Positions 23,808-37,637 are shown, counted from the first letter of the whole stretch. The stretch: 63,162 nt of DNA, filler included, from Stramenopiles sp. TOSAG23-6 (GCA_900128565.1; 40 parts of 40 records of this genome joined end to end with filler, not necessarily neighbours in it); one strand, 5' to 3'. Notes: generated by a model from the sequence alone, not told the origin. Program-made: numbers and translations.

Positions 23808-25291
23808 TGTACGTAACAAAAAAAACAAAAAAAACATATTTTTCACAATACATTTCAAAGCATCTGAATTAAAAGAATTATTTTCAGTCGAAAGTTTGAA
23901 TCTTAAAAGCTCTCACTCACAGTCTGAATTATTGAAGCTTCATGGAATTGAACTTTTGATGTCTGGAGAACATTCTAATCACATTAAGACGTTAGTAAAT
24001 ATGCCTGGTGTTTTTGGTCTCACTGATCATACAGCTGTGTTTACTAAAGGTATTGCTTCACCTGTTTCGTCGCACACCCAGAGCTGCGACGTCACTGCGG
24101 AAGGTACTAAAAGAGAAAATTCTGCAAATATTAATTGTGTTGAACGTGCAAAGGAGGAAGCAAAAGCTGCAAGATGTAGACTAAACACTAATTATGTTGA
24201 GCGTCGAACCGCAAAGAAGAATAGGAATATAAATGATGCGAAAGAGAATTTGAATACAGAAAATATAAAACTTGGTACAAATAGAGATGGTTTAGATGTC
24301 GATGATGTAAAACTAGAATTGAAATATTCTTTGTCGAAACTAAATAAAAACAATTTGAGAGAAGATAATTCCGATGTTGTCAATGAAGATGTAATTGATA
24401 TTGATTGTCATGAGAAAAAAGATAAAGTTGAAAATATTTTGGAATCTATTGATATTACCCGTAATTTAACTGATGCGTTTAATGAAATGGATATATGTAA
24501 TAATAATGACGATATTCCGTATAATACATCTGAATTTGTTATTCTAGATAATAATGTAATGTCTCAAGATAGTGATCATGATATTGATAATAATATAATG
24601 TCTCAAGATAGTGGTAATGATAGTGATAAAACCGAATGTACAGTCGTTATATCAGATTGTATAGACGATAATAGCGTTGAATATATTAAAGAAATATCTG
24701 TGAAAGTTGATGACGATTGTGAAAATGATGAAAATGATCTTCAAAATGATTCTGATGACACAGTATGTACTATAGTTATGTCGGATTCCCCAGATGCAAA
24801 TAGTAACAACACTGAATTTGTACCAAATTATGTACCTAAATCTTATAAAAATAATTCCTTTAATGAACGAAAAATTTCAGAAGCCAGTAAAAGAGCAGAT
24901 AGTGATGAAGAAGAATTGTATGAAGCCAGTAAAAGAGATGAAGAAGAATTGTATGAAGCCAGTAAAAGAGCAAATAATGATGAAGAAGAATTGTATGAAG
25001 CCAGTAAAAGAGCAGATAGTGATGAAGAAGAATTGTATGATAGCTTCTTATCTTGTAATAGTAAAATAGATTCACATATAGAGAGTGATGCTGAAAACAA
25101 TACAATGAATGAAAAAGATCTTTCTTACACTGGGATTTGTGAGTCACCTATAGTAAGTACTACAAAACAATCTATCCCGACGAAACCTACAGGCCAGTTA
25201 CAGTTAATTCATTCACTTCAAGAATCACCTATCATAAGAACAACGAAAAAACAAATTATGCTATCACCATTAAATACTCCAATAAATTCAT
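23808..25291 (+). repeat. Duplicate scaffold of 22224-23707
   Basis: Identical except that one N is resolved; identical ORF set. Confidence 0.97.
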
Positions 25292-25391
25292 NNNNNNNNN
25301 NNNNNNNNNNNNNNNNNNNNNNNNNNNNNNNNNNNTTAATTAATTAANNNNNNNNNNNNNNNNNNNNNNNNNNNNNNNNNNNNNNNNNNNN

Positions 25392-26874
25392 TTTAAAGTA
25401 GAGAGTAGAAATTTTTTTTTAAAAAGTAGATTAAAAAAAAAAAAAGCCGTTTTTCTTTTTTTTCTTTTAATGCATATTGTTTTGCATTATCATCAAATAT
25501 CTCCGTAAACTCGGATGTTGATTTATCTTTTTCTTGCATCTGATTTGTTAGTCGTTTGTGATCTGCAAGCCTTATTTTAACAATTTCTTCAGCATTTGCG
25601 TAGTATCGAAATATTTGCTGCAATTGTAATGAATTATCCCAAACTAAATCTTGACAATAATTACTACCAAAGATACTTTTTCGAAACCAACTCGCATCAG
25701 TACGCCGTGCAATCTATAAAGAGAGTTGGACTAATTTCACATTTTCCAAGAATATACTCCCCTGCATCAATTGCTACAGATTTGAAAATACTGATGACAT
25801 CATCGCGAGAAAACTCGATATCTATTTTCTCTTGTAATTCTTCTGTCACTGACGTGACTACACCTTTTTCTTTATCTGCTCTTGATAGAATCCGCGTATC
25901 TTCGATAAAGTTTAAAAATTCCTCTTCACTCAATTGGCGCTGTCCTATTTCGTCCTTAAAATCAATACCAGTAGACAGGCAATAATACTGAAAGACACAT
26001 TGGTTATCTTCTGCAGTCATTCGAAGGTATTTATTTACGCTATCTGTCATCTTATAATAGTCTACAATTAAATTGTATTCAACAGCAATTTGTTTTAATT
26101 GACTAAAGGATATTCGACAAAAAATCAATTGGGCACGGAGAGATTCTTCCTGGACCATTCCAAAGATATTAGTGTGCATATCAGCAACTGTTTTCTCAGC
26201 CAAAGCTTTTTCTTTTTCTACATATTGCTTATGATGGCTCATTATGTCTTCAAGCTGTTTAAAGAATATATCCGTTTCAGATTGGAGTCGNNNNNNNNNN
26301 NNNNNNNNNNNNNNNNNNNNNNNNNNNNNNNNNNNNNNNNNNNNNNNNNNNNNNNNNNNNNNNNNNNNNNNNNNNNNNNNNNNNNNNNNNNNNNNNNNNN
26401 NNNNNNNNNNNNNNNNNNNNNNNNNNNNNNNNNNNNNNNCATACGTTCTAAACTATTTTCTTTTTCTTTTCGAAGATTTTTTAATTTATCAATTTTTTCC
26501 ATATTTCTTTTATTACTGCTATCATGAGCTAAATGAATCCACTTTTCAAATATTTCACGTTTGTCAATCATTTTCATCATTTTAAATGTCTTCTCTGCCA
26601 GTTTAGTTTTGTACTGTTGCTGCTTTAGCTGTATCAGGATTTTATTTCTCCAATGACATACGTTCTAAACTATTTTCTTTTTCTTTTCGAAGATTTTTTA
26701 ATTTATCAATTTTTTCCATATTTCTTTTATTACTGCTATCATGAGCTAAATGAATCCACTTTTCAAATATTTCACGTTTGTCAATCATTTTCATCATTTT
26801 AAATGTCTTCTCTGCCAGTTTAGTTTTGTACTGTTGCTGCTTTAGCTGTATCAGGATTTTATTTCTCCAATGAC
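25392..26874 (-). CDS. EF-hand-like hypothetical protein, gapped or frameshifted
   Basis: VFQYYC...LSEEEFLNFIEDTRI and LQQIFRYYA in different frames; ~215-bp duplication next to the gap. Confidence 0.45.
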
Positions 26875-27043
26875 NNNNNNNNNNNNNNNNNNNNNNNNNN
26901 NNNNNNNNNNNNNNNNNNTTAATTAATTAANNNNNNNNNNNNNNNNNNNNNNNNNNNNNNNNNNNNNNNNNNNNATAAATTCGATTTTTTTTTTTTTTTT
27001 TTACCGAGAAAAAAAAAAAAAAAAAAAAATTTTTAGGAAAAAA

Positions 27044-27087
<44 letters not shown>

Positions 27088-27148
27088 CAATTTCAAATAT
27101 TTCAAAATATTTCAAATTTTCAAAAAAAATAAAAGATATAAAAGATAC

Positions 27149-27726
27149 ATCATCACCATGCCCCAAACGACCATGATCTCCATGACCCCAGGTATATAGC
27201 AATCCATCATTACTTACAGCAGCAGTATGTTCACATCCACCATCAGTGAATGAAATGATGATTTCATTATCAACAAAATAAGAAACTTGAGTCGGTATTT
27301 GTTTATCTTCATTATCACCATGCCCTAGTTTTCCATTATTTCCAGAACCCCATGTATACAATACACCTTGATTTGTTACAGCCATTGAATGATCCCAACC
27401 ACAAGCAACATGTATTTTGGAAAAATATTTCAAATTTTTTTTTTTAGTTTTTTTTTCCATAAAGAAAAAAAAAAAAAAAAAATCTTTTTGTTTTCTAAAA
27501 AAATTTACTATGAAATTTTTTTTTTTGAAATTTAAAAAACCAAAAAATAAAAAACATACATGTACAACATGTTCTTCCGAAAGGGCAAGAATTCTTCGAG
27601 GAAACGTTTCTCTAGAAACACTACCATGACCTAAAACGGGTGGGATGACTGGATGCCTTGAATCACTATATCCAGAACCAAAGGAAAAAACACTTCCATT
27701 AATAGTCAAAGCAATAGTGTGTTCCC
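27149..27726 (-). CDS. RCC1-repeat protein (intron 27410-27559)
   Basis: VVH|VACGWDHSMAVTNQGVLYTWGSGNNGKLGHG. Confidence 0.93.
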
Positions 27727-27793
27727 ATGCATTGTGGAAAAATATTTCAAAATTTTTTTTTTTTTTTAGTTTCAAAAAAAAAAAAAAAAAAAA

Positions 27794-27827
<34 letters not shown>

Positions 27828-27919
27828 TATTTTTTTTGTTTTTTTGTTTTCTATGAAAATTTCGTATGAAAACAAAAACATAAAAAACATAAATATTTGA
27901 TAGAATGATAAAAACGTAC

Positions 27920-28341
27920 ATAATAGATGGTTTACGATAATCACCCCAAATTTCGTGTGGTTTGACTTGTGTCATTTTTGTATATGCTTCAAACGCTTTA
28001 TCAGCTGATATTTCTGGAGTATGTGTGAGTTTTGCTGTGCGATGTGGAGATGGTTTGATCCATACACTTCGAGCGACGACTGCATGTAGTATAGCAAAAT
28101 ATATCAAATTCGAAATTTGTGAGAAAAAAAATTTATGAAATTTTGTTAGGTATGAAATTTCGTATGAAAAAAAAAAAAAACGTACAAATGATTTTTTTTT
28201 CTCTTTCTGTTTCAAATCTGTCGAATGTTGTCGTTCTGCTGCTTTACTTCGTAGAGCACGAATGCTTCTCAGTGGAGATTTGACCACATAAGAAACTAAT
28301 TGTAAAGTTTTCGACATGTCAGATCCTAAGGGAGTGTCATT
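27920..28341 (-). CDS. Two exons of a hypothetical protein (intron 28084-28185)
   Basis: Open frame bounded by family introns. Confidence 0.55.
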
Positions 28342-28556
28342 ATGTATTTTGGAAAAATATTTGAAAAGAAAATTCGTTAGGTACAAAATTTTTATAAAAA
28401 AATAAATTCGATTTTTTTTTTTTTTTTTTACCGAGAAAAAAAAAAAAAAAAAAAAANNNNNNNNNNNNNNNNNNNNNNNNNNNNNNNNNNNNNNNNNNNN
28501 TTAATTAATTAANNNNNNNNNNNNNNNNNNNNNNNNNNNNNNNNNNNNNNNNNNNN

Positions 28557-28790
28557 TATTTACTTCCTGTGATTTTTTCATGTCTTTCGATTTCGGGTGT
28601 AGCATTTATGACAAAAAAGTGGATTATTGAACCAATAGAAATAGAAAAAGCTCAAGATTGCCGTGATAAGTTAGTTGCCTATGTCAAGTGCATGGAAAAG
28701 CATAAAGGTATACGCCCTGACCCGTATGAGTTAGAGTGGTGTAATGATGAACGTGATGCATATAGAGAAAGCAGGGGGTTGGATACGTAA
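28557..28790 (+). CDS. Small membrane-anchored Cx9C-type protein C-terminus
   Basis: Hydrophobic segment then CRDKLVAYVKC...WCNDERDAYRE. Confidence 0.55.
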   Translation, partial: YLLPVIFSCLSISGVAFMTKKWIIEPIEIEKAQDCRDKLVAYVKCMEKHKGIRPDPYELEWCNDERDAYRESRGLDT

Positions 28791-28853
28791 AAGCGTTTAT
28801 TTATTTATAATATTTAATGAATGTTAATTTGAAAACATATCGTTTCGTCGTTG

Positions 28854-30038
28854 CTAATCATCCAAGAACGTCGTCATGGATTCCACATAGTCATCACCTA
28901 TTGCTGCTTTCAATAACTCAGTTAACTCTTTTTCAGTTTCTTTAATTGTTTTTTCGTTTGTATTTGACTCTTTATTGTATATACCATTATCTTCTTTTTG
29001 CTCTCTAGGTTCATATGAGTGTCCAGTAAGCGATGATTTATGATCAAGTGTAGATAGTGAAGTATTTTGAATTTTTAGTCTTTTCGTGTGACTGTCGTTT
29101 CTCATTTTGGGTGATCTACCACCTGTCTTCGGCATTTTAGCTGCTTTAAGCGCAGAAGAAAGATCATCAGAAGAAATGCCCATTCGATCCACGGTTCGAT
29201 TGATCTCTTTTGAATTCTTCAAAACCACTTCAAATTCAATTCTAGGAGAAGACGGAGGAGCTCCAAAAGGACAACCATCCAAAACTTCATCTGACTCTGA
29301 CTCATCACTATCCCATGACTTCAATGATGGATCAAAATCTTCCGTCGACAATTCCAATTCATTCAACCTTTCTCCTCTATTTTTATTCTCGCCTTTTGTA
29401 TCAAAAAGAACCATTTTATCACCATCGTTTAATTTTTCCGGGATGGACCTAGAGCTACATCTCCCACGCCAACGTGCAAATAAGCGGGATATTCTCACCG
29501 AGCTGGGATGTTCAGTGCCCATAAGTGACCACTGTAATTTCAGAGCACGATCCATTAGCCGAAGACCTAAGTAAGGGTCACAACTTCCAACATTTTCCAT
29601 GCCTGCTGCAAGTTTTGCGCGGTTTGAGTTGATAACATTTAATTTTGCAATTGCTAATTGTGTCATTGCTTCAACCACTGAAGCATGTTTATCACCATGC
29701 CAAGATTTTGTTTCTATTAATATTTCTTTGCAGATTTGCTCCTGATCAACGTGTGGGCATCGAATTGCATTTAGCTGTGTTATGCGTCGCTTTGTAATCG
29801 TAATTTCTGGGGATACTTCAAAATCGGAAATGTCCCGCCATAGATTAAAATCAACAAATTTCTATTTTTTGCGATGGATAACGCTTTATTTATCAAATGA
29901 GAAGCATGTAGTTTCCGCTGCATCTCTTCTGCAACGTTCCACGACCAATGCGATGCAGCTCTGGATATAACATGAGTCTCATTATCTTCCTCTCGTAACA
30001 ATATATGAAAGGTACCTCGCCACTTACACCATGTCCAC
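28854..30038 (-). CDS. TPR-like protein C-terminus
   Basis: HGDKHASVVEAMTQLA and LMGTEHPSSV kinesin-light-chain-type motifs. Confidence 0.6.
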
Positions 30039-30192
30039 NNNNNNNNNNNNNNNNNNNNNNNNNNNNNNNNNNNNNNNNNNNNTTAATTAATTAANNNNNN
30101 NNNNNNNNNNNNNNNNNNNNNNNNNNNNNNNNNNNNNNAGGTATAAAATTTACTACAAAAAAAAACTCGATTGTAAAGAAAACAAAACATAC

Positions 30193-31620
30193 AATCGCAT
30201 CTGGAAGAAATGTTAAACCATTACTATTTAAAGACAATGTCATTAATGAATTACGGAATACATGTATTTCGGGAAAATATGTCATATAATAAACCACATT
30301 TAGTTTAGGTATAAAATATTGTAATATTTTTTTTTTTTAAATTTATAAAAGTTACCCAGCCAATCCTTCGAGGAAGTTCATTAAGGCTTTGTCCAGTTAA
30401 TCGAAGTGATTTAAGATTTTTTATACTAAATATTCTTGAATCTAAAACACGAAATCCTTTCCAACAAGCATTCAAGTCGCCCTGTGATGTAAAATACAAT
30501 ATTATATTTGTTTTATAAATAATTATATTATATTTGGAAAAAAAAAATAAATTCAAAATAAATTCAAAATTGATATAAAAATAAATTCAAAATTGATTAA
30601 CCAGGAGTACTTACTGTTTTTGTTGCAGATTCAATGATTGGTCTCCACAATTCAAGATATGCTGCTTTTGACCTTTGTTTTTCTTCATCTTGTCGAATAC
30701 GTTTCTCTTCCATCATTTTAAATATATTGTAAAAAATATTTCAATTTTTTTTTCAAATTTTGTTAGGTACAAAATTTCGTACGAAAAAAAACCAAAAAAA
30801 ATAAAATTCATAATGAAAACGGACGTCTACGTTTTCGATATTCGGCTCGTAATTCATGATTAGTTAAATTAATCCAACTGTGTGACATTTCATTATCATG
30901 TGTACTATTTAAATTAGAAATTCGAATATCTTCTTGTTGCTGTGCAATTCTTTTTTGTTGTATGACTGAAAGTGAAAAATATTCTGCAGATCCAACAACA
31001 TTCTTTTTTAATGATAATTCGTGTTTTTCTTTTTTTTTAAGATTTGAAAGATATTCTTGTAATGTTGTATTTTCTTCAACCTGTGTGCTTGTAGGGTTAG
31101 GGTTTACTTTCTTTTTACGGTTTTGAATACTTCCCTTAAATATTTCTTTTCCTGTAGAATCCGTAGTTAATTTTGTACCTAATGAATTACCATTACGATA
31201 TTCTGGAACAGATTTTGATAATAATAAACCAANNNNNNNNNNNNNNNNNNNNTCGTGATGCATTTTTTTTTTGTTCTAGATTTCGTGATTTGCTTTTCAT
31301 TTTTTTTAATATAGCTTTTGCTTCAATAAATCGTCTTTGTTTTCTCGTCATTTTTTTATTTTTATTTTTTTTCATATGAAATTTGTTACTTGAAGGTTTA
31401 GTGTTTAGCTTGTTTTTTGTATCTATAGATTGAACTTTTGCAACGTTTCTTTGATCATTCATTTTTTGTTTTATTTGTTTTATTTTTTTCATTTGTTTTA
31501 TTTTTTGACGTTGCAATGCTGCTTGTTTTCCCCTTTTGTATAACTGTCTTTTTCGTGCTGCTATGATCCCACCATCAATACCCAGTGGTTCATTACCAGA
31601 ACTACTCATGTCATCACAAC
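30193..31620 (-). CDS. Leucine-rich-repeat protein, partial (introns 30722-30824, 30482-30614, 30262-30355)
   Basis: Spliced YRKRRLKMMEEK...ATKT|GDLNACWKG...LKSLRLTGQSLNELPRRIGW|VFRNSLMTLSLNSNGLTFLP. Confidence 0.8.
30482..30614 (-). other. Canonical GTAAGT...CAG intron
   Basis: ACA|GTAAGT...CATCACAG|GGC keeps frame; lacks the family core motif. Confidence 0.8.
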
Positions 31621-31739
31621 NNNNNNNNNNNNNNNNNNNNNNNNNNNNNNNNNNNNNNNNNNNNTTAATTAATTAANNNNNNNNNNNNNNNNNNNNNNNN
31701 NNNNNNNNNNNNNNNNNNNNTTAGGTACAAAATTTCGTA

Positions 31740-31818
<79 letters not shown>

Positions 31819-31864
31819 TAAAAATATAAAGAAATAAAAAAATTAAATCATAACAGAAACATAC

Positions 31865-33082
31865 ATGGTTTGTACAAAAGATACACTTTTTTGTATTTTT
31901 CGTATCATCTGATGGATTTCGTGTATTAGACGAGTCTTTATTTAAAGATGTAAACCCTAACCCTAAATCCATTTCAGAATTATAAAAAATACTTTTAATT
32001 TTTTTGACTAAAAAATGAGTCATTATATAAACATTACCGGGTACCTCACATAGTGCTTGCCATAATGAAAGCATACATTTTGGAATTTGAATAATATGTT
32101 GTTGTTGTTGCATGTGATGTACAAAAATATTCTAGAATTGAAATTTTTGTAAGCAAGAAAAAAATTTTTGAAAAAAAAATTTTTGAAAAAATTTGAAAAA
32201 AAAAATTTTTGAAAAAAAAANAAAAAAAAAATTTTGAAAAAAAAAAAAAATCCACAAACAACAAACATACATTCCATTTTTTTGAAATCTGGATTCTAAT
32301 TTTTCATAAAAATTATTTCCATTAAAAATGACGTCAGAAGAATCATTAAAAATTGAGCAACTATTAAATTTCTTCTTATTTGTATTTCGCATCATTTCAG
32401 TTAATATAATTAATTCATTAAGAAATCCTGTTTGAACGTTTTCAATATTTTGATATTGCCTAGGGTTAGGGTTATTAGGGTTAGGGTTACAATTTGAAAA
32501 AAGAACAATTTTTTTTGCCCATGGTATCGAAGCATTTATGATGCATAATTGTGAGCTCAATGATTGGTGAATCACTTGGCGTGTCATTTCTAGTAAATAA
32601 CGACAAGCATATGATGAAATAGTATATTTCGTGTTTTTTTGTACAGTCAGTGGTGTTGTGACACGTGGCATACTCACTTTCACAACTGATTTTTTTTGAT
32701 TTTTTTGATTTCGTGTATGTTGAACATTTAAATGTTGATTTAAATGTTGATTAGGGTTAGGGTTAGGGTTTGGACATACTGTTGACAATGACTCAACTAA
32801 TGAAGAACATAACAATTCAGACACTTTGTATTGAAATTGTAGAATAGCTTCAGAATTATTTGGAATATTTCGACACGAAATACCAACATTATGTATTGTG
32901 AATTTTTTTTGTTGATGTTTCATTCGTTAGAAAAAATGTTTTTCGTGTTTCGTTTTTCGTGTTTCGTTTAGGTACAAAATTTTGTATGAAAGATAAATTG
33001 GTAAATTGGTAATATGTACATACATGAGCTATAGACTTCCAAATTTGATGTTCAGTCATGGACACATGGGACGGTACACCAC
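31865..33082 (-). CDS. Multi-exon hypothetical protein
   Basis: SIAH|NVGISC across intron 32891-33023; the phase across 32117-32270 is unresolved. Confidence 0.5.
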
Positions 33083-33301
33083 ATGCATTGTGAAAGAAAA
33101 AAAATTGAATTTTTTTTTAAATGTATTAGCTACAAAATTTTCTATGAAAAAAAAAAAAAAAAAAAAAAGTGAAATTTTTTTTTTAAAATTAAAACAAAAT
33201 TNNNNNNNNNNNNNNNNNNNNNNNNNNNNNNNNNNNNNNNNNNNNTTAATTAATTAANNNNNNNNNNNNNNNNNNNNNNNNNNNNNNNNNNNNNNNNNNN
33301 N

Positions 33302-34025
33302 CCGCGTCTCAGAGCCAGAGTTAAAGGCTATGGTTGATGAAATATTCGGGGATGATGTTGCAGCGGTGTACACTGAAGAAGGTGCTGAAATATTATCTAA
33401 TTCACACCGGCAAGAAATTTTGATGAAAGCACCTCCAATGGTAAAAGACTTCTTATCTAGAAATTTCTCAAAGTCGGAGGTTCTATTACTATGTAAAGAT
33501 CTACCTAGAGATGATGTAGGAGGACTGAGTTTCCACGATTTACAAGCAAAGATTTTAGCACTTCGAGCATCAAGGATAGAAAAATGCAAACTTATGACAC
33601 GAAAAGAAGAACCTAAAGTTGAAAAACGAAACAAAAAGAGAAAAGAATCTGGAAAGAAATGGGGCGAAATTGAGAAAATTCATGATACAGAAGGCTTTAA
33701 AATTATGAACAGATTATTGCATCGTAATGCATATCAAATAACATCAGTTGGGGATCCAGGAAATCCTGCAATAGTACAAAATGTCCGCATTTTGAGAGAA
33801 CGCTATGTATGTTTTAAATTAAAATTAAAACATCTTTTTTTGTATCAAAATTTGTACGTTAACAAAACATTTGAAATTAAAATATTTTTAACAATACATG
33901 AAGGTTTAGAAATGGAGGAGTCTTGGGACCAAGATTGTTGTGGTAGATCAAACACTATGCAAACATTATATCCTTTTACAAATGAAAGAATTTCAAAAAT
34001 GCGAGAGGCAAAACATGGAAAGTAA
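33302..34025 (+). CDS. Hypothetical (EF-hand-like) protein C-terminus; 93-nt stopless intron 33807-33899
   Basis: GGLSFHDLQ; junction RERY|EGLEMEESW. Confidence 0.65.
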
Positions 34026-34090
34026 ATCAGTTATCAATAAAATAATTGATTTTGTAACCTGCTTTTTTTATTTTTTGAAAGTAAGAACAT

Positions 34091-34782
34091 TTACTCGTCT
34101 TNTTCTGTTTCTTCATCTTTTGTTAGGAGACCTCTAGGAGTAGGACATGCATTGCTCTCTTTTTGATCCTTCAAATATTTAGTACTATCACCTTTTCGAT
34201 AAATAACCGTTGTATCAGGCTCAGCAACATAAGTTTTGTCGTTTGTGGATTCTTTTTCTTCACCGTCGCCGCATGTAAAGAAAAATGAAACGAATATGAT
34301 TTCACTTTTACCATCTTTCGATATTATGAAACCCTTGCAGCCACCGAATAGATTTTCACACTGCCACTCACATCTGCTAATAAGATCAACTTCCTCGATA
34401 TGATCAAACTGATACTGTTCCACAGTATGAGCATCGTTATGTGGAACTTTTTTACATGAGGTACTACCCTCTTTATTTTGTTCTGTACACCACTTCTCCA
34501 TTTTGGAATCAATTTCGTTAGCAGAATCTTTGGTCGGCCGAGCATTTTGACAAGTATAGCCTATTTTTTTTATGTAGTCATATCTTTGCAAGGTACATCT
34601 GAATCGTACATCATGATTGCGTTGTACTTCACATTGGGCATGCTTCCGGCACAGTTTCGTTTCAGGTTGAAACTCGACAGCAAGACATTTCTTATCATCT
34701 GCGTCACAAAGTTTAAGGCACTCATCTACATCTGCTACTACCACCTCCTCACCTAAAACTGCACCAAAACAAGAAGCGAAAG
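34091..34782 (-). CDS. PAN/apple-like Cys-rich extracellular protein C-terminus
   Basis: VDECLKLCDADDKKCLAVEF and CEWQCENLFGGCKGF. Confidence 0.65.
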
Positions 34783-34975
34783 NNNNNNNNNNNNNNNNNN
34801 NNNNNNNNNNNNNNNNNNNNNNNNNNTTAATTAATTAANNNNNNNNNNNNNNNNNNNNNNNNNNNNNNNNNNNNNNNNNNNNATGTACGTTTTCGTTTCA
34901 ATTTTTAATTGATTTATTTTTTCATACGAAAATTTGTTCCTAACGAATTTTTTTTTTTTTAATTTCACAATACAT

Positions 34976-36343
34976 CACTATATCATTTTAATGAGCAACT
35001 GACAAAGGCATCATCGGAAAATGTGAACAAGTTAGACATCACTCAAAAACAACTACAACAAGTGATGCATGAAAAAAACGCGATACACCAAATGCACGAT
35101 GAAGCTAAAGTATTACTAAAGAGTCAATCAAAATTAATCACACAATTAAAATTTGATAAAAATTTACAAAATTCAAACTTGAAGTTGAAGAATTCAAGAA
35201 TTCAAGAGTTGCAACATATCATTACTACTTCAGGTACCACTACCAACAACATTGAAGAACATACGATGGAGAAAACAATAATAAAACTAACAAACAAAAA
35301 TAAAGAACTATCATCAAAGCTAGTAGCTGCAGAAGAGTATATATCAAATATACAGGATGAAAAAAAACTATTGAAGTCACAATGTAGTAGTTGCATTGAT
35401 GTTCATCGAAATAACAATGATTTGCAAAAAAGAATTCAAATTCGAGAATCAGAAATAAATTTACTCAAAGATGTAAAAATTGCAAATCTTAATCAAAAAG
35501 TTACAATGCAACAAGAAAAAGGTATTAATCAAATGGAAATTAAATCATTGAAGAATAAATTGAAAGTAGTGGGAAATCAATTGAAGTCAAAGGTGGATGA
35601 ATTTGAAAATCTCTCTCACAAACTCAATTCTACACGAAATACTCTACATAAAACGGAGGACGAAAGAAATAGATTATCATTGCAATGTGATGAACTAAGA
35701 AACACAATTTCAAAATTAAAAAAATCTGAACAAATCNTAAAAGAATTAAAAGCTGATTATACGGCATTACAAATAAAGCATACAAAAGTAGTAAAACAAT
35801 ATCAATCAGAATGTAAAGATGTACGTTTTCAAAATTGAATTTCGATTTTTTTTTGTACCAAATTTTGTACCTAACAAATTTTTACTAAAAATAATATATT
35901 TCCAAAATACATGTTGAATCATTGTATAGTGAAAAGATTAGTCAAGTGATTAAAAAAAATGATAGCATGAGTAGTCATCTTAGAAATGATATCAATATGG
36001 TACAACTTGCTCTTGGAGATACACAAAAACGTCTTTTACACACAAATCAAGAAAAACAAAAAATATCCCTTGAGTTGACGAATGAAAAAAAACTTCGCGA
36101 GAAATTACATTTGATCAATAAACAACAAATGGATCAAATATCTAGAAAGTTTTGGTATCAAGAATCGAGTGAAGCTGAACTTTTAAAACAGATTGAATCA
36201 TATAAAATATCTGAAGAAAAATATCAAAATGAAATTGTAGCACAGAAAAACACAAATGAGCTACTTGAAGAACGGAAAAATCGATTTAACGAAAATGAAT
36301 GTCGAATCATAGATTTCCTTGAAAATGAATCGAGTCTTGAATA
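34976..36343 (+). CDS. Long coiled-coil protein, internal exons (intron 35821-35912)
   Basis: ECKD|VESLYSEK; the apparent TAG at 36342-36344 is TA|GTACGT, the next donor. Confidence 0.75.
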
Positions 36344-36822
36344 GTACGTTTTCATCAGAAATCNNNNNNNNNNNNNNNNNNNNNNNNNNNNNNNNNNNNN
36401 NNNNNNNTTAATTAATTAANNNNNNNNNNNNNNNNNNNNNNNNNNNNNNNNNNNNNNNNNNNNTGAAGGGTGCCCATACAAAGAAATTCTGTGACATTTG
36501 GAAAACACAACTGGTCAGTCTAAAGTTTTGTGTTCTACTATACCTAGTTAGACTTGTGCAAGTACGTCACTGGTCAACGATCAATGGGTGCTGCTGAAAT
36601 AAAAAATAGTTTGGACAAACCTGCTCTGGTATGGAGGGGAAAAAAAAATTTAAAATTTTGAAATTTCCTACCAGTCTGCTGCTGCTGAGTTTTCTCTCAT
36701 ACTACGTTTTTATTCTGAAAGAAATGTTCAATGAATAAATCATACAGGCAATATATGTAGAGACAGTTGTCAAGAAACAACAAGTGAAATGACACTGAAA
36801 ATATTTACTATTCCCTGAGAAT

Positions 36823-37489
36823 ATGTCATTTACTGTCCAGAAGTATTTGGGCAGCCGTTTGGATAACCGTTTACCAAGTCCACGTTCCAAATTTATGGAT
36901 CGTGACCTCGAGAAGATGGATATAACAGGCATTGACGAAAACAACACAGATAAAGTCTTCTGGGGTGTCTTCACAACAGCTTCAGAACCCTATGCAACGT
37001 ATGTATATATTACACATGCCCGATGTGCTAGTTCAACGACACTTTTATTATATATTATACTTAATATATGGTCAATAGTGTTTGTATTTGGAGTTCACTG
37101 TTTTCAAATATACATTGGCGTGACATTTTTAGCACGTGAAAAGTCTTGCGAAAAACCACTCCAAATGTGGCACTTACTGTACGGAACAGCTGCACTAATT
37201 GCAAAATCACTTTCTACGATATTAGTTCCATTCACACTCATGCATGATTCCAATTATCGGAAAGCTTTCGAGCCTTGTCGGTGTCTAAATTTTCTTCGTT
37301 TTTTTTATTGAACTAATTTTTCTTTCAGTGGGAACATTTTGGATGCAACAAAGGACTCGTTATGAATGTTCTACAATGTTGATATCCAGTACAGTTATTG
37401 TTGTATGGTGTCTATGGATTAGCATTATTTTTAATTTCTTAGTCATCAGTAGTGCAATGATTGCTATTATACTCTGCTTTGTAGACTGA
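36823..37489 (+). CDS. Multi-pass membrane protein (one extra T in a T8 run near 37300)
   Basis: IYIGV...SCEKPLQMWHLLYG; removing one T gives RFFIELIFLSVGTFW and a further TM helix. Confidence 0.6.
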
Positions 37490-37637
37490 GCAAAGAACTT
37501 CAATAATAAAAAAAAAAAATGGAAATATGTTATTTTTACTGTAAAATTTGAACCAACTTCAACGTTGTTTGATCAGATCTTATATGAAATTTTGTACCTA
37601 AAATAAACAACTATTAAATCGCACTTTCAAAACTAAA

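Noticed and set aside
22224-25291. Tandem gene duplications (also 52251-55300)
   Set aside because: These are whole scaffolds repeated across a linker; equal-length redundant scaffolds sort next to each other.
26440-26874. ~215-bp direct repeat (also 7715-7842 and 7943-8100)
   Set aside because: Exact duplications adjacent to gaps or scaffold ends, typical of gap-filling artefacts.
27140-27148. GTATCTTTT donor as a true U12 intron
   Set aside because: A single case, one substitution away from the family GTATGTTTT donor; its 3' end is not visible.
35821-35912. Ciliate-like DNA-excised IES elements
   Set aside because: Sense orientation relative to host genes and asymmetric donor and branch signals indicate RNA splicing, and the genes use the standard code. 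It is not formally excluded without reads.
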